Assembly: GCA_001949185.1 (NCBI GenBank)
Contig: BDGG01000002.1
Location: forward strand, 775,481 to 839,480
DNA length: 64,000 nucleotides
Direction of reading: 5' to 3'
DNA from: Ramazzottius varieornatus
Lineage: Eukaryota > Animalia > Tardigrada
The notes under the pieces are model-generated. The model searched no databases, had not been told where the DNA came from, and saw only the letters and a list, made by a program, of their open reading frames with translations. Of this stretch, positions 48,946 through 62,372 are shown in pieces; positions within the stretch are counted from its first letter, which is position 1, and the number at the start of each line of letters is the position of its first letter. Made by a program: the position numbers and the translations under genes.

Positions 48946-50689
48946 ACCGCACATAAACGGTAAAAACCAATCATTATTTATCACTAACAGTTCCATCAGT
49001 TCCATCAAACTCTCGTTTGACGGTACGTGCAAGCATCCAGCAGACGAGTTACTGTAAATAACAAGCTCTGATACTTCGCTGTGTAAGTCGCCTCTCTTGT
49101 TTAAATGAGGCAAGATGGTTTCCGACGATTTCGTGTCTGTTGAGTCTTAAAGTCACAGTAATCCTAAGATTTCGAAGTAGAATATTGGACCAACCTGTCG
49201 TCTACAATGCAGTCGCCGCCATTCATCCGGTTTCAAAAGTTCATTTGACTCGTTGCCCGCTATACCTCCGAGCCAACAGGAATTACGGTCATGCCGAGTC
49301 ACCATCCAGAATTCATCAAGTACCGAATCTTCGGTAGCCCGGTACGGTATTGGTATTCGGGTATCTGCAGCCCAGTTTGCAGCTCAGCTTTTTCGATTCG
49401 AAACGGCTATTTTTTTCAGAAACGGCCAAGTTCAGCGTTCGCTCCCCTAGCGACAGGACTCATAAAATACTGTTCGCCCTTCCGGGAAGATTTTCCCGAA
49501 AATTTTGGGGGAGGTAACCAGCTGAAATTCACCCCAAGAGGGGGGGCCTCAGACTGCATCAGCAGTTCAAGTTTTCACTTCGGGTTACAAAACCGCAAAG
49601 TCGATTGCGGAAGAATTCGAGTGCGTAGCGTTAGGCGTCAAATTTGGCCGCCGATGCCCATTTGCAGACTCAGTACTTCTTGGTACCTTGCCGGGGAATA
49701 CCGGAGACTTACCGGAGACTTAGTAAGTTTGGTACCAGGAAAAATGCAAGATCCGTGAAATCGGGGCCTGGATAGGCAACACACGGTAATGCTGTGAAAA
49801 TTTGTTATTCGCCCGGGCGTTTTAGTTGATCCAGTCAACTCATTTATAACTGAACTGCCGACTACAGCGTACGTTTCGATTCACCTTAGCGGGTTGTACA
49901 GGTAAAGAAACCGGACCGGGATATATTTTAACTGTAGCTATTTATGATGACTTAGCGTGCGCATGCAGGGAATTTTCACATCGCGTATCATCGATACTTT
50001 GTTGGACAGTGACACCATGTAAGCAATGAGCTACTGTAGATACAACTTTTGAACAAAATTGGAAATCGGTTGGATGACGACGAATGCATTGTGTAAAGGT
50101 TCGCAAAACTTCTTTGCTCCCGTACTCTTGCTCTGAGCATCTGCATTACAGTCACCAGTTGCATCCAGCAGTACCCGAGAGCTTCTAAAAAGTATTATCA
50201 TCTGGATCAGTAAAGATTCCCCATTCCTCCGGTATTCATCCGGTAAAGATTCCGGTATTCAAAGCGAAAGCTAGTTTTGGACAGTGGGGTAGAGGAAAGC
50301 GTCCACCTCCAACTTTCACTCGTCCAGCCCGTAGTAACACTATCGAGCATCATAAGCCCACGGAAACACCACATGAAGCAAGCACGCCAACGGCGGTTTA
50401 CGCGAACTTAACTACGCTCCGGACCACATCCGAAGCCGCTGGGATGCCCATGAGCTAGCTTTAGAATTCCACAGGCAACTCATAGGACCGTCTACTACGC
50501 AAGATACGCTCGACCGAGCTCATTATCCGGAAAAGCTTTTGAGTGGCCATTACTATTGAAAAACTCAAATTGTTTAGTTGTGGGAGCATTGTTGGAATTC
50601 TTTCTCTGGTACTTTTTCAATCTCGTCAATTACGATTTTCATCTGTGGTATCCGCTAACCTTGCTGTCTTTTATAATGGCCTTTAATAT

Positions 50690-52348
50690 TATAGTTGCGT
50701 CGATATTACGATACACGTCAATGGTTCCCAGACAATACAGCTGCGGACGGAGCGTGGCCAATGTACGAAGAGAACACAGCGCGGCTTTTGCTCGGAAGAA
50801 AAGCGGAAGGAATCTCTTCACGGTTCTTGCGCATTGCTCCGATGAGCGAGAAATTCTTCTTGAGAAGAGCCTCTCCCAACGCCATGGAAGTGAAGAATTG
50901 TCAGTGGTCACATTTCTTCCGGACTTGTTCCCAAGATATTCCACCAAATCAAGGACCCCTTGCTGGCCTTGGTTCTTTTTCAGCTACACCGCCCGGCGCC
51001 TTTCCCGTGTACAGCTGGATTTCACAACAATAGAAGGTTCTACAACAGCAAAGAAGGAAGAGCTTGGGGTTTCGTGGGAATGTACTGTTTGAAGCCACAT
51101 CGTCCTTTGAGGGGGAAAAGCTGTTCATCGACACACAGGAACTCGAAGGTTCCTGACAGTTGTCGCGCGGCGCATGGCTCCATGAAACAGCTCTTGGACA
51201 TGGGCCATCTTGTTCGTCGCCACCCCAGCTTCCCGAGAAGGTCTGTCGTCGAAACGTAAGCTACAGGTTATCTGAGTGACGCGGTCACGAGACATACAGG
51301 CACTCCTTTCTCTTCGCTCTCACTCCACAATTCAGACACTGGAACAGTACACGCGCGAAGGGAAAGTTTGGCGCAGTAAAAAGTTTGGATCAGGCAGAAG
51401 AGACGGCGAATTTAGATTTTATATGCAAGCAAGAGACGTGGTAGATTTCAAACGCAGTGGAAACTACCGTAAACATTGCTACGGTGCACTGTATTAGCTG
51501 TTAGTCTTCTGAATGGATCCCGTCAGTTTGTCATTTGTTTTCGTGTCCAAAAATCAGCCGGTGTTCATGGTTCCATTTTGGCTAGCTTTTCGAGTGTGTC
51601 TCAACAGTTTACAACCAAGAGGCTTCGACAGCACAGCGAGGAAGACCTGAAAAGAGCGCTTTCTGCTGTCAAGAATGGTACTGGACATCGTGAAGCTGCT
51701 CGTCTCCACAACGAAGCCAGTAAAAGCGTCACGCTTATAGCCGCTCGTATCGAAACTCATCACGTACGTACGGCAGTAAGGCCAGTTAGGTCAGTTTTCT
51801 ACATGCAGCAAAAAGCGCCTGTCCGTGTCGCCGTAGCGAAACGGCCCGATCCAAACTTTTTACTGCGTCAAACTTTCCCTTTGCGCGTGTACCATCGTTC
51901 ACAATTCTTCGGAGAAGTAAGATTCCCAGGTAAGCATCAGGTTCACAGTATCCACTTTGGTTCATCCTTCGCCGTACTGGGTTTTTCCCTCATCGTTCGT
52001 GAAGCGGATGATCAGCTCTTTCACTTGTGGCGTGAAGAACAGGTTGAACGTATCCATCAATGTGGTAACTCGCGATCTGGCACCAAAAGTAACACCAGGC
52101 TGACCCGCCATCTTGTTGACCGTTCGGGTCTTTCCCCTATGCAGAGGGGAACGCTCCTACTTTAGGTCGGGGTTTCGGGCAAGGAATGGGCTCACATCAT
52201 TCAGCTGATAAAGGATGTCATCGTCATCGTCGCTCATAGTGTCTGACTGCTCAGTTTCCACTTCCACTGCATCAGATTCTGCCAAGGCTTCCGCGCTGTC
52301 TTCCGGTTCGTCGCATCCGCTACTACTCTTCGCATCATCCTGGTTCAC
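50690..52348 (-). mobile_element. Degenerate piggyBac transposase
   Basis: Acidic N-terminus; FNLFFTPQVKELIIRFTN; LCVDEQLFPLKGRCGFKQYIP; IQLYTGK; GRNVTTDNFFTS; many stops and frameshifts. Confidence 0.85.
51345..51894 (+). mobile_element. pogo/Tigger-like deletion derivative nested in the piggyBac
   Basis: ~45-bp inverted termini gtacacgcgcgaagggaaagtttggcgcagtaaaaagtttggatc; internal HTH-psq-like RQHSEEDLKRALSAVKNGTGHREAARLH. Confidence 0.75.
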
Positions 52349-54240
52349 AACCTATCGACGATTTCGTACGGAACCAGAGCACAAGTAATCCATACGAGAA
52401 ATAACAATGAAACGAATGGGTGCCTGTGGCGCAGTTTACTCGCAGCGACGTGTGGGACATTCGAGTTCGTTTTCTCGTTTCGTTGTTTGTTGGATCTCAG
52501 TGATACGCGTCTAAGAGCAGCAACGTGGTCACAAGTGTGTCAACATCAAAACAGACCAAGGATCTGTACGGCGCAGCGGCCATGTATGGACGAATCAACA
52601 ATCAAGTAAGAGAGTACACTTAGATCGACCGGAAGTGCGCCACTCTATCGAAGCAATAGTGCCTAACGAGACAGGATGCTTCCCCTTCCCAGATCCAGTA
52701 CTGCTGTGTCCGCCGAACTTCCACCTTATATAATCCAGCAGGGCGCTGGGATAAATTAAAACCAAATTTTGACGGAACGGGATAGCTTGTTCGACGTGCT
52801 ACAAATCCTTAAGCATTACCCTAGGTTGTGGTCGTTCATGATGGCGTAAACGAAACAGATGGAGACCTACGAGAATCTGCTTGACCAACGCCAGGTAAAC
52901 GGCAAATTGAACTTTCCCTTCTGTCATCAAATGAGCTGCTTCGTCAATGAAGGTTAATCTGGAAAGAACACGACCACAACAAGACCCAGAACGATAAATG
53001 TAAACATTCATCTAGGTATGGCTTCCGGTCTATCTGCGCATTCGCTTACCCTTCCTTCTGAAAAGCAGCCTCCAGTTCTCTTGTAGCTTCCATCTCGTAC
53101 GACACAACAAAAGCGGTAGTTACTTCGAAACACAGATTCCGATTCCGCTTGATATGAATCGAGAACAGAGGAGTGCGGAAGGACAGAAAATCTCGAGTAA
53201 AATGGAAACTGAAATTTGCCAAACCTAACCAGGGGTGTACCACCTTTCGTGGTGCCGCTCGTGTCAGCGGTCACGCGGCGTCAGTAACGTTAGCTAGTTT
53301 TTCGGACTTCCATTTTTCTCTTGACCGCACAGTCGACTTCTATATTTGCCTGATATTATTTTATAATATAGTGGGACATTGTCCCTACTGTGATTTTTTC
53401 TCGAGAGGATATTTTCAGCGTGGTTCGTGCAAATCGACGAAGACTGAACTACCACCGAAAACGGCGAGGCGAGAACAAAATCCGTTCTATTTTTCGGTTG
53501 ACCAACGGTTACCGACACCCTTTTGGTGACCACATTGCGGGCCAGGCAAACAAAAACATCCCAGTCTAAAAGACCAAACGGGAAGACTTGGAGGAAAAGA
53601 AAACTAGGGCAGTGAATATACAAAGAGTACGGTTGTACGCAAAGTGTTGAGTGATACAGCATTAACCGAAGGGTTTTCAGTAGCTTCCTTTCATCCGCTA
53701 ACGTGTACTCTAGCCGTACTTTGATGATATATCCGCCCAAAGTTACCTACGGATGCGTTTGGAGCTGCCGCAATTATCAACAGGGAGCTCTAAGGGGAGG
53801 AGTTAATAACGGTAACCGCGCCTTCGTATTTAAGTTATTGAAAGATTTAGTATTGCGTTCCAGATCGCCGGACCCATCAAGTTGCTGATAAAAAGTTGAT
53901 GCCGCCGACCGGTCGGTTTCCTGGCAGGATGGTGTTTCTCCATTTGTTGTACTGTATTCGCTCGAAAGTTCTGCGAATCACGTGACTGTCGTGGTGAATG
54001 TCATCCGGCGGAGAACAGAAAGTATAATTACCTTCAATCAAAGACTGCTCCCCGGTCAAGTGTAATGATAGGCGACAATCAAACAATCAGGGATACCAGT
54101 GCGGGTGTGATTTACCGGCATGATAACGTAATTCGCACGGGAATTTTTCACGGGAATACAGTAACTTCGTTTCTTGAGCAATTTACTCGAAATGAACATT
54201 TCTGCCAAACTTCTCCGGCTATCTGTAACCTCTATGTTAA

Positions 54241-54438
54241 TCAGGACGAGCGAAGCGAGGAGTTCATAAGTCTTACAACTTCAATGGGTGTCGCAAATGA
54301 TGAAGCTTTCTGAAATTGCAAACGCTTTTGAAGTAAACCAGTGCGTCGGTTGATCCGGGTAGCAAGAAAGCTTTACTCGCAAACCTTGTGCGTGTACGCG
54401 TTCGCTCGGCCTCCCCAGTGGTTAGAACCACTAGCTGG
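54241..54438 (+). mobile_element. Short Helitron-like element, copy 2
   Basis: A|TCaggacgagcgaagcg ... hairpin gtggttagaaccac, then tagCTGG; homologous to 9704-9902. Confidence 0.6.
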
Positions 54439-55252
54439 GTTACTGCGTTTGGGGTTCGCCTAACTCCAGCTTGAAAGAGGCCAAAGACGCAAGCAATGAC
54501 GTGCGCGTGGTCCGATTTCGTCGCTTTATGCTGAACATCGCTATATCATGCTGGATGCTTCGTGATTTGGATGGCTCGCAGTCGAACAAGCGAAACCTAG
54601 CAGCGCAGCCTTTCTGCAGGCGTCTCGTGGACAGGTACATCAAGCCCCAGCTTCGCATCTCGTAGTGATGCCGATACCCGCAAATGCGACGACAGCTACC
54701 TATCTTCGCTATGGATGAACTTATTGGTTCCACTTCCGCGTCGAATATTCAGTAAAGTACCTAGGCTGGATGCAAAATAAAAGCTCGGTGGTTACTCATC
54801 AGTAACTTCCACTGTTCATCAGTTTAAATACATTGACTTTTAATGCTCAGCTTGATCTTTCTTGATGCGCGGGGCTTCAGTCTCGGATGGCAGTTACACG
54901 AAGAGAGCGTGCCTAGCGCCTAGCTAAATTCACCAGGAGCATGACGTTGTCGCAAGCAGCATCATGAACTGCACGTTGGACACCCGAAACTTGGACGGTA
55001 GCTTCGACCAGCGTGCCGTAAACCGAAGACTCGTCCAGCTTTTCTCCACGAATGTAATGTTCCCGCTGGCCCCTAAGTTTTTAATGCGCTGGCTTTAGTG
55101 ATGTTGGCATATATCTTTATTATGTTAAATTAGGCAATATCAGAGGCTTCTTCATCACGAATATCGTATCAACTCGAGAGAAAATTTTTAACGGCCTATT
55201 CTGGCTAATATATCATATCAAAATCAGCTTATTAGGTGCAAAAACGACTTAA

Positions 55253-55780
55253 AACTTACAGCACGAAGGTTTTCATGTTCGCAAAATACCACCGTTCTCT
55301 TTGTGAGTGCAAGACTTTGGTTGGCTAAGGTGATGCAAAGGAGGCGGGGCCAGCCAATAGATAATTTAAGAAATTTAGAAATTTCGAAAATTGGCAGGCC
55401 GTGGAGTTCAACCTGGGGAAAGTAGTCCTTGCCATTTTGATTTTCTCTAAAGCATTCCGATAACAAGAAAATTTGTCCCAGGCTTGGTTTCGGTGAAGAG
55501 AATTGTCCTCACTGTTTCAGATTTTTTCAGAACGAGTGTTGCGTATGTGCCTCCAGTAAGGAGACGAAATCTGAAATACCACCGAAACCACCCGAAATCG
55601 TAAAACTTTTTGCTAGCGTTCTGCGTTTTCGCTGACCACTGGTCATTAATCTCAACTTCATGACAAGATCGAGTTGCAGGCAAACAAAAAATCCCCAACC
55701 CGAAAGACCAAAAGCTAAAATCGGGAGGCGAGTGAAACTGACACATTATACTCACAATGAGTACGGTCGTGTCAGAAGTG
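55253..55780 (-). mobile_element. piggyBac-like non-autonomous element, copy 2
   Basis: TTAA on both flanks (55249-55252, 55781-55784); inverted homologue of 36556-37092. Confidence 0.7.
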
Positions 55781-57055
55781 TTAATATAATAAAATTTATT
55801 GAATTATGTCAAATTGGATTTGACCCGGAGGGTCGATATTATATTAAAATTATATTAGGTTCGGATTTGCTTATGTTAGCATTACTAGTTGGCTTCTGCA
55901 AGATTAAAACTTTAGGGACGTGCCCTTGCCGCTGCCGATGGAACTTCACTATCAGCACTTGGTAAAAGAGGCTGACAATCCTCATCTCATCATCTCAAAA
56001 ATGGTCTATACTATACACGTGCTTTGCCTAATTATGGGCATGGACAAAACTTTGGCACCGGCCGAAAATTTGGTGCTTCGAAGCACTGGAAAGGCCAAGC
56101 GAGGGAGGAGAAGCACAGGGGAGGAACCGTCCCAGATTTTCCAAAAGACTTTTCGCTTCCCTTTGCTGATTCAATAGGGCTGGCAGTTTGTAAGCTGTAT
56201 AAAAATTTAGGTCCTGAAGGACTTTCGCAAGATTATTCAGACGGTAGAGAATATCATCATACAACGATGCATAGTCTGCCACTTGTCTGCACGCACTCGT
56301 GTTTTGCAATAGTACCGTAGTCATCTGCTGAGTGTACTGTAGCTACGCGCTGACCACGATAGCAAAGATGATAAATCAGTATTTACGCAGTCTTACAGCC
56401 GTCTGCATGCATAAAGTGTTCCTTTAGAAAATTGCATACACTTGGAACATGAACTTGGAAGACACGCGAAGCCTCTCAAACAGAGCGTCCCACAATATTG
56501 AACTGTAGACCGACCGAGCGTGAGAACTGAGAGACGAGCTTTGCCAACCAGGAAGTAATCACGGAAGAGCTCTGCTAAAAGTGTAAAATGCACTGCAGAT
56601 TGCGACTGTCAGAATGGGAGCATTTTGATGGCGAAAGACAGGAAACCAACTAGGACAAGCTATCGGTCCGTCATTCAGCCTTGTTAAAGTGATCCTTCAC
56701 CGTATCAAAGCTCTTTCCGATACTTTCTGCCAATGCGCGAAGAATCTTTCCCTTGTTATGCGCGCGGGCGCATTGTGGGTCTTCGTTAATGGCTGTCTTG
56801 GACTTGTCAATCAAATCAGTAAGGGGGTTCAACGGTTAATTACATCGCTGGTGGAATTACATCCGGTGGAAATTACATTCCACCGAAGACTCGGTGGAAT
56901 TACGACTCACGCCCGAATAACTCGTAATCCCACCGACTGACGAAACTGACGGTTCTACTTGCACAGTGCAGAAGTTCTTTTACAGATATCTTGTTTTCGT
57001 TCTCCATCTTTCTGCACTTCTTGCTCTGTGTTTTTATATCAGTACTGTGGTTACC

Positions 57056-58390
57056 ATGTCCCTGTCGCAACCGGCACGTTCCTCTAAACCAACAAGTCAG
57101 GAGGCTGAAGTCGCGATAACCGTACCGGTAAATGGAGTAGCAGCCAAGCGCTCTTCAAAGCCTCGTGGACCGCAGTTTCGATGGGCTCATACGACCGCTC
57201 AGGACTACCTTCTGCAGTGGATGGAGGAGCCCGGTAACTGGGCTAAGTGGCGTGGTGCCGGGACCAAGTCGGCAAACGGACAGAGGAGGACGTCCAAATA
57301 CACGAAGATCGTTGATTATCGTTGATCGTTGATATCGTTGATTACTTGAAAACAAACGGGACCGAAAACGTGTCGCCGGATTCCGTCAAGTATCAGCTCA
57401 CTGCTCTGGGAAGCTCTTATAGAGACGCTCGATCCTTGTTTGGAACCACAGGAGAAGGTGTGACGGAGGATGATATCCAGCAGAAGATCGTCACGCTCAA
57501 AGGTGAAACTGAGATCAAGACAATCAACTGCTATGACCAGGCTTTTCAGTGGCAAGAGCGTGGTCAGGCTGATCAAATAATCAACTGAAGTCAGAAGGCA
57601 TCGTGATCTAGCTGATTGACAGATTGGTGTTACGCAACACTAATCTGTGAAAAGTGGAATTCCTTCATGCAAACAAAAAATTGTCATTCAAAACGTCACG
57701 TTGCATCACTTGTGTTTATTTCAAGTGGTCTATTTCTTTTACTTCAAAGATAAACTGGAGCAAGCATGTCTCTTCTGGAGCCGTCTGCATCCTGTTTTCC
57801 GTGACAGTCCGAAGATGGTAACTCCCTATGCAGCGGACAACACTGACGCTACAGACGATGCAGAACTGTTCCTGTTGGGCAGAGAGATCGACGCAGAAGA
57901 CGAAGTGGCTGATTTGAACAGTCCGCCAGCTACCGAAAATGTCAACGATGAACTGCCTAGTACTGAACCAGCTACATCAATCCAAGTGTGGGTAGCCGAA
58001 CTTCACGATATGCCAGTACGGAAGAGATTCGTCCCAGTTGTTCTGGATTCCCCCACAACTTCAGAAGACGATTTTAGATCCGGCATGGACTTCAAGCGTA
58101 GAAGGACCAACTCGAAAGTACCACTCATCTTGAGCGGAAGCAAGAAGTCATTCCCAACACGAAAGAGGGTTTCCAGCTATGAAGAGGCATCTGAACGTTA
58201 CGAAGAAAGGAAGCTGGTCCTGGAGTCGAGATCGCTCGACGGAACGTATCGAGCATGGAATATCAACATGCTGAGCGGATGGAAGCTTTGAGTGTTCAAA
58301 AACTAGAAGCAGAAGCAAGACGATTAAAAGCTCACTCAGCCAATCTTTTACTGCAAATCCAGTTAGAAAATATCAATCAGCAAAATTAAT
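57056..58390 (+). pseudogene. Harbinger accessory Myb/SANT-like DNA-binding protein (intron 57503-57749; frameshifts near 57320 and 58240)
   Basis: YLLQWMEEPGNWAKWRG; SYRDA...TTGEG; KLEQACLFWSRLHPVFRDSP; C-terminal coiled-coil-like tail. Confidence 0.7.
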
Positions 58391-58439
58391 AAATTAACAC
58401 ATTTGACTGTCCTGAGAAAGCATTAGCATCTAGAACAAC

Positions 58440-59660
58440 TTATTTAAGAAGTTCTCTTTTCTGACCTCCTTCAGCCATAAAGATCTCTTTCGTGGCTCGA
58501 TGGTGCTTTTCTTCAGCCGATGCAGATTCGTCTTCCGAGCTATCGTCCCACTCTGGATTATAGTAATCGCTGGTCAGAAGGTTATGCAAAACACAGCATG
58601 CACGGATCCAGTAGACTATCTTGCGATGATCTTCAGCCGTGTTCAAAACACCTCTGAGTGCTTTCAAACTCTGAAATTTTCCTTTCAACATGCCATTACA
58701 GTGTTCCACCCTGATACGGATCTGTGACAGCCGGAAGTTGAACTGCTCGTTTTCTTTCAGTAGAGCCGCTGGTTTTTTATAGGACGAGATAACAGTAGAT
58801 GTGTTGGTGTAAGCGCTATCAGCAAGTATGTACTCTTCTCGTCTGAAAAACTGGGTGGAGAACCGAGCAAGTTTGGAGCTGGCGAACACTCGATTGTCGT
58901 GAGCCGAGCCACAAATTCAGCAAACAGGTATCGGATTCGTCTTTGGTCGTCGCAGACTATGAGAGTATTGATACCGTACTTTGACTTGTGGCTGAAGTAA
59001 TCTGATCCCTCCAAATTTGGCTTATTTGCGAAAGGGATTAGTGTGCCATCCACGGAACCTGAGCAATTGGGAAAACCTGACAACTCGAAGATCCGCTTCT
59101 TGATGGTTTTCTTTTCGCTTGCATCAGGCCAGAATACGACCTCTTTTTCCAGGCTTAAAAGAGACACAATCACCCGATTCGTGTAAAGAACCACAGCTCC
59201 TTCTGACACTCCGAAGTGACGTGCTACTTTCCCCACAGATTTTCCGTTACCCGAACAACCAAACCTGTAAAGTGCGACCATTAACTGCAGTTGAACAGGG
59301 CGCTGAGGATTCTGGATGGTACTCCTGAAAACTCGATGTCCAGCCAAGCGATCCGCCAGATCGTCGAAAGACTCCGTATACATGCGGACATCTTCTTTGA
59401 ATCGAACATCGTTCAACCTAGAGAGAATGGTGTCTAAAAAGTGGGAACTCTTGGGAACAAGCGATCTCTTGCGTAGGTGGCGACATCTTCGTAAAAACTG
59501 ACGTCGAGTCTTCAGAATATCCAGCTCGCATTCGTCCGAACTAGTGTCGCTCGAATCTGAAGAGAATTCTGCGTCTTCGGATGACGATCCCGATGAACAA
59601 TCCTTCAATCCTCCGATCTATCTTTTGCAAGAGAACGGCTCGTACGTTGGCTTGAGGCAT
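58440..59660 (-). pseudogene. Harbinger DDE transposase (HARBI1-like), frameshifted near 58915
   Basis: QLMVALYRFG, GSVDGTLI, YFSHKSKYGIN, YILADSAY, FNFRLSQIRIRVEHCNGMLKGKFQSL, ACCVLHN. Confidence 0.9.
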
Positions 59661-61044
59661 GGTCGATACGATGAGAAATGGAATACTACAAGTAGTGAGG
59701 GCTAAATCGGGCTTTTCGAAATTTTACGCCGGTCTCATGTTTGAATCGAACAGAGGGCATTCAACGGCAGATGATTTCGTTGAACAAAAACACTTTTTAA
59801 CTGGCCGAAAAAGATTGCGGGGGCGGTGCCACAAACAAGACAGTTGCAATGCCACCGGCGGTGTAATCAACGGTTGAACCCCACTAGTTTCAAAGACGCG
59901 ATATGGAAATAAGGTGCATATACCATGCCGATTCGTACTTAGCCAAAGCAGTTTGAATGCCTTTGTTCTTGTGTGGATCGAAGTAAGCAGTCTTCCCGAA
60001 AATAATTTATAAATTATTTTCGAATCAATTATTCGATCAGATAACGCACGCCTTTTCGGTATTGTATTTGCGATTTTGGATTGTCAGGTCGTTTGGACAA
60101 AACATGGGACTTCCTGAGACTTACAAAGTGCCTCGCTTTGCGTGGTCTGTCGATGGTTCAGTCTAAACGACTGCATTGAGGGGGCGTTCGTGGATCACGA
60201 AGGAAACACTCAGCCCCGCCGCGATTTCAGGCTTTCTCGCACTGCGTTCGCCCGTGCTGGCAGAGGATATTGGAGAGCGCAATCGGTGACCGAACAATGC
60301 AGAAAAAGACTCCAGACAATCATTCATCCACATTTTCATTTGAGCTTGCAGTTTTTAAATTTTGTGGGCTCATAACTGCCAAGCAAACGACCACGAGTTA
60401 TGGATACTTCACCTCCGTCAGAGTCATTTTAGTGCAGTATGGTAAAATTCCCCCAGCAAGGAGTCTTAACCTAATCACCTTCATGGAAATGAATGGCACT
60501 CAATTGAAATTCCCGCAGCAGTTAACCGTAGTGATGCGTAAAGCGGATCATAGGATACGCTGACAGGACAATAGTAAAGGACCTCATTAAAACGAGCGCC
60601 TACTGTTGCTGTTCCCAATGACGGTCCTGGTTTCAGCTCATATACAGGTTGATTCTAATTCTTTGGATCGTTTTTGAAACCTTACGGAAAAATCAGCAGT
60701 TATCTCCTTGCTACGAGAATGGATCCCCGGATGACTTCAGTATCCAATAATGATCCCTGGAAGTCTCACAGAGATCGCGTGTATCTCACAAACACACAGA
60801 AATGTCTGAACTACCTGGAAATCGATCAGTGGTTTAGGCACGCCACATCTTCGCAGTCGAAATTAGTTTGCTTCTAAACGAAAGTCTTTAAAAAACTTAT
60901 GCTGATGCTACGTCACTCACATATCTGATGGCCTTGGGAAGAAAAAGTGTTCTTCTGAAATGTCGTTCCGTGCGTCGGACTTGCGACACTTCATTTCTGA
61001 CTGCAGCAAAAAAAATCCGTTTTTCTCATATTTTTCGTTTTTTA

Positions 61045-61380
61045 CACTCTGCGTACGACCGTCCTCTTTGTGTATACGATCACTCAGTTTTATTCACCTC
61101 CCAGTTCTAGCTTTTGGTCTTTCGGGTCTGGGTCTTTTGGTTTGCATGTACCTCGGTCTTCTCAGCAAAGCAACACTAATGACCAGCGGTGAGCCAAATC
61201 CCACCACGCTGGAAATTTTTTCTACGATATCGGATGGTTTTGATGAAATTTGGTGTTTCGTCTCTTCGCGCGAGACACGTGCACGATATTCGCTTACAAC
61301 GATATCAGCCAATGGAATTCCTGTATACACAAAGAGGACGGTAGTATTCTGTAAACATGAAAACGATTGTGCTGAAAGTG
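61045..61380 (+). mobile_element. piggyBac-like non-autonomous element, copy 3 (internally deleted)
   Basis: Closely matches both ends of 36556-37092 but lacks about 200 bp of its centre. Confidence 0.7.
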
Positions 61381-62372
61381 TAAAGGAGACGGTAAACTTC
61401 GAGCTAAATTCTATTCGTAAGTTTGACCAACTAGCTGCCCAATAAAAGATGTTCGGGATTGTGATCTTCAATCCAAAAATATCAGAATAAAATGTGAATT
61501 TTTGGTCGAGAAGTGACGGTTCCGTTTTATATTTCCTCTGAGACCTCCAGGAAATTATGCCCGAACCAGGTACACGCAGTCAATAACCCAGAGAGCGGTC
61601 TATGAAACACGTGGTAAAAAGGTGAGATTGGACGAGATACAGTTTCACTACCGGAAGCCAAAAACAACTGATGGGTGTTTTCCGGGTGGTTTGGGTTCAT
61701 TTTCATATGTTTTCTGGGATATGTGCAATCTCGGCAAAACTTGCAAGGATCGTATTCGGATGTAGGAACTACCTAGGTGTTAAATCTAGAAGCAAGGAGA
61801 TGAGTTCTTGTTTTACTATAAGATTTCGAAAATGATCCAGAGAACTAGAATCAAAATGTATCGTAGCAAGTCGACTGCTGCTGTGTTGAGCGTTGAAAGG
61901 CCAGGACCTGGATAACTGACTATACAGGCTATGTCCAGAAGAACCGTAAGATGGCATCAAATAAGTTCGCGTAATTATTGTAAAAGGGCGAACCTTCGGT
62001 TAGTAATAGTGAAAAATTCATCATTGTCGGGAATCAATTGCGGTCGGTGCATTTTCCCGCACCAAGCCTGCCAATTATCCCGCCACAGTAAGCGGCCCGC
62101 GGTGTTCGCGCTTTTTCAATCAATATCATTCGGTACACTGGGTTGGCTTTATGTGCAAGAGGTCATCCGTAGTCAATTGCAGTGCCAGGTATTACATAGT
62201 CGTTGTACGCTAGGTGAAACTCTGTAGCGTGTGTGGAGTGAATACTTAAGGAGGAACTCTCGCCGGTCTGGTCATTGATTTCACTGCCAATCTGTTTGAG
62301 TCCTTCGTGGTCCTTTCGGCCCTCATAGGTTCTTCTGACAGGAGCTACCGAGTGAGGGTTTCCAAGTCGAAA

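Larger units (their letters stand above)
56823..59884. mobile_element. PIF/Harbinger DNA transposon with two convergent genes
   Basis: Termini ggggttcaacggttaattacatcgctggtgg / ccaccggcggtgtaatcaacggttgaacccc; TAA and TAG flanks; subterminal ggtggaattac repeats. Confidence 0.9.
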
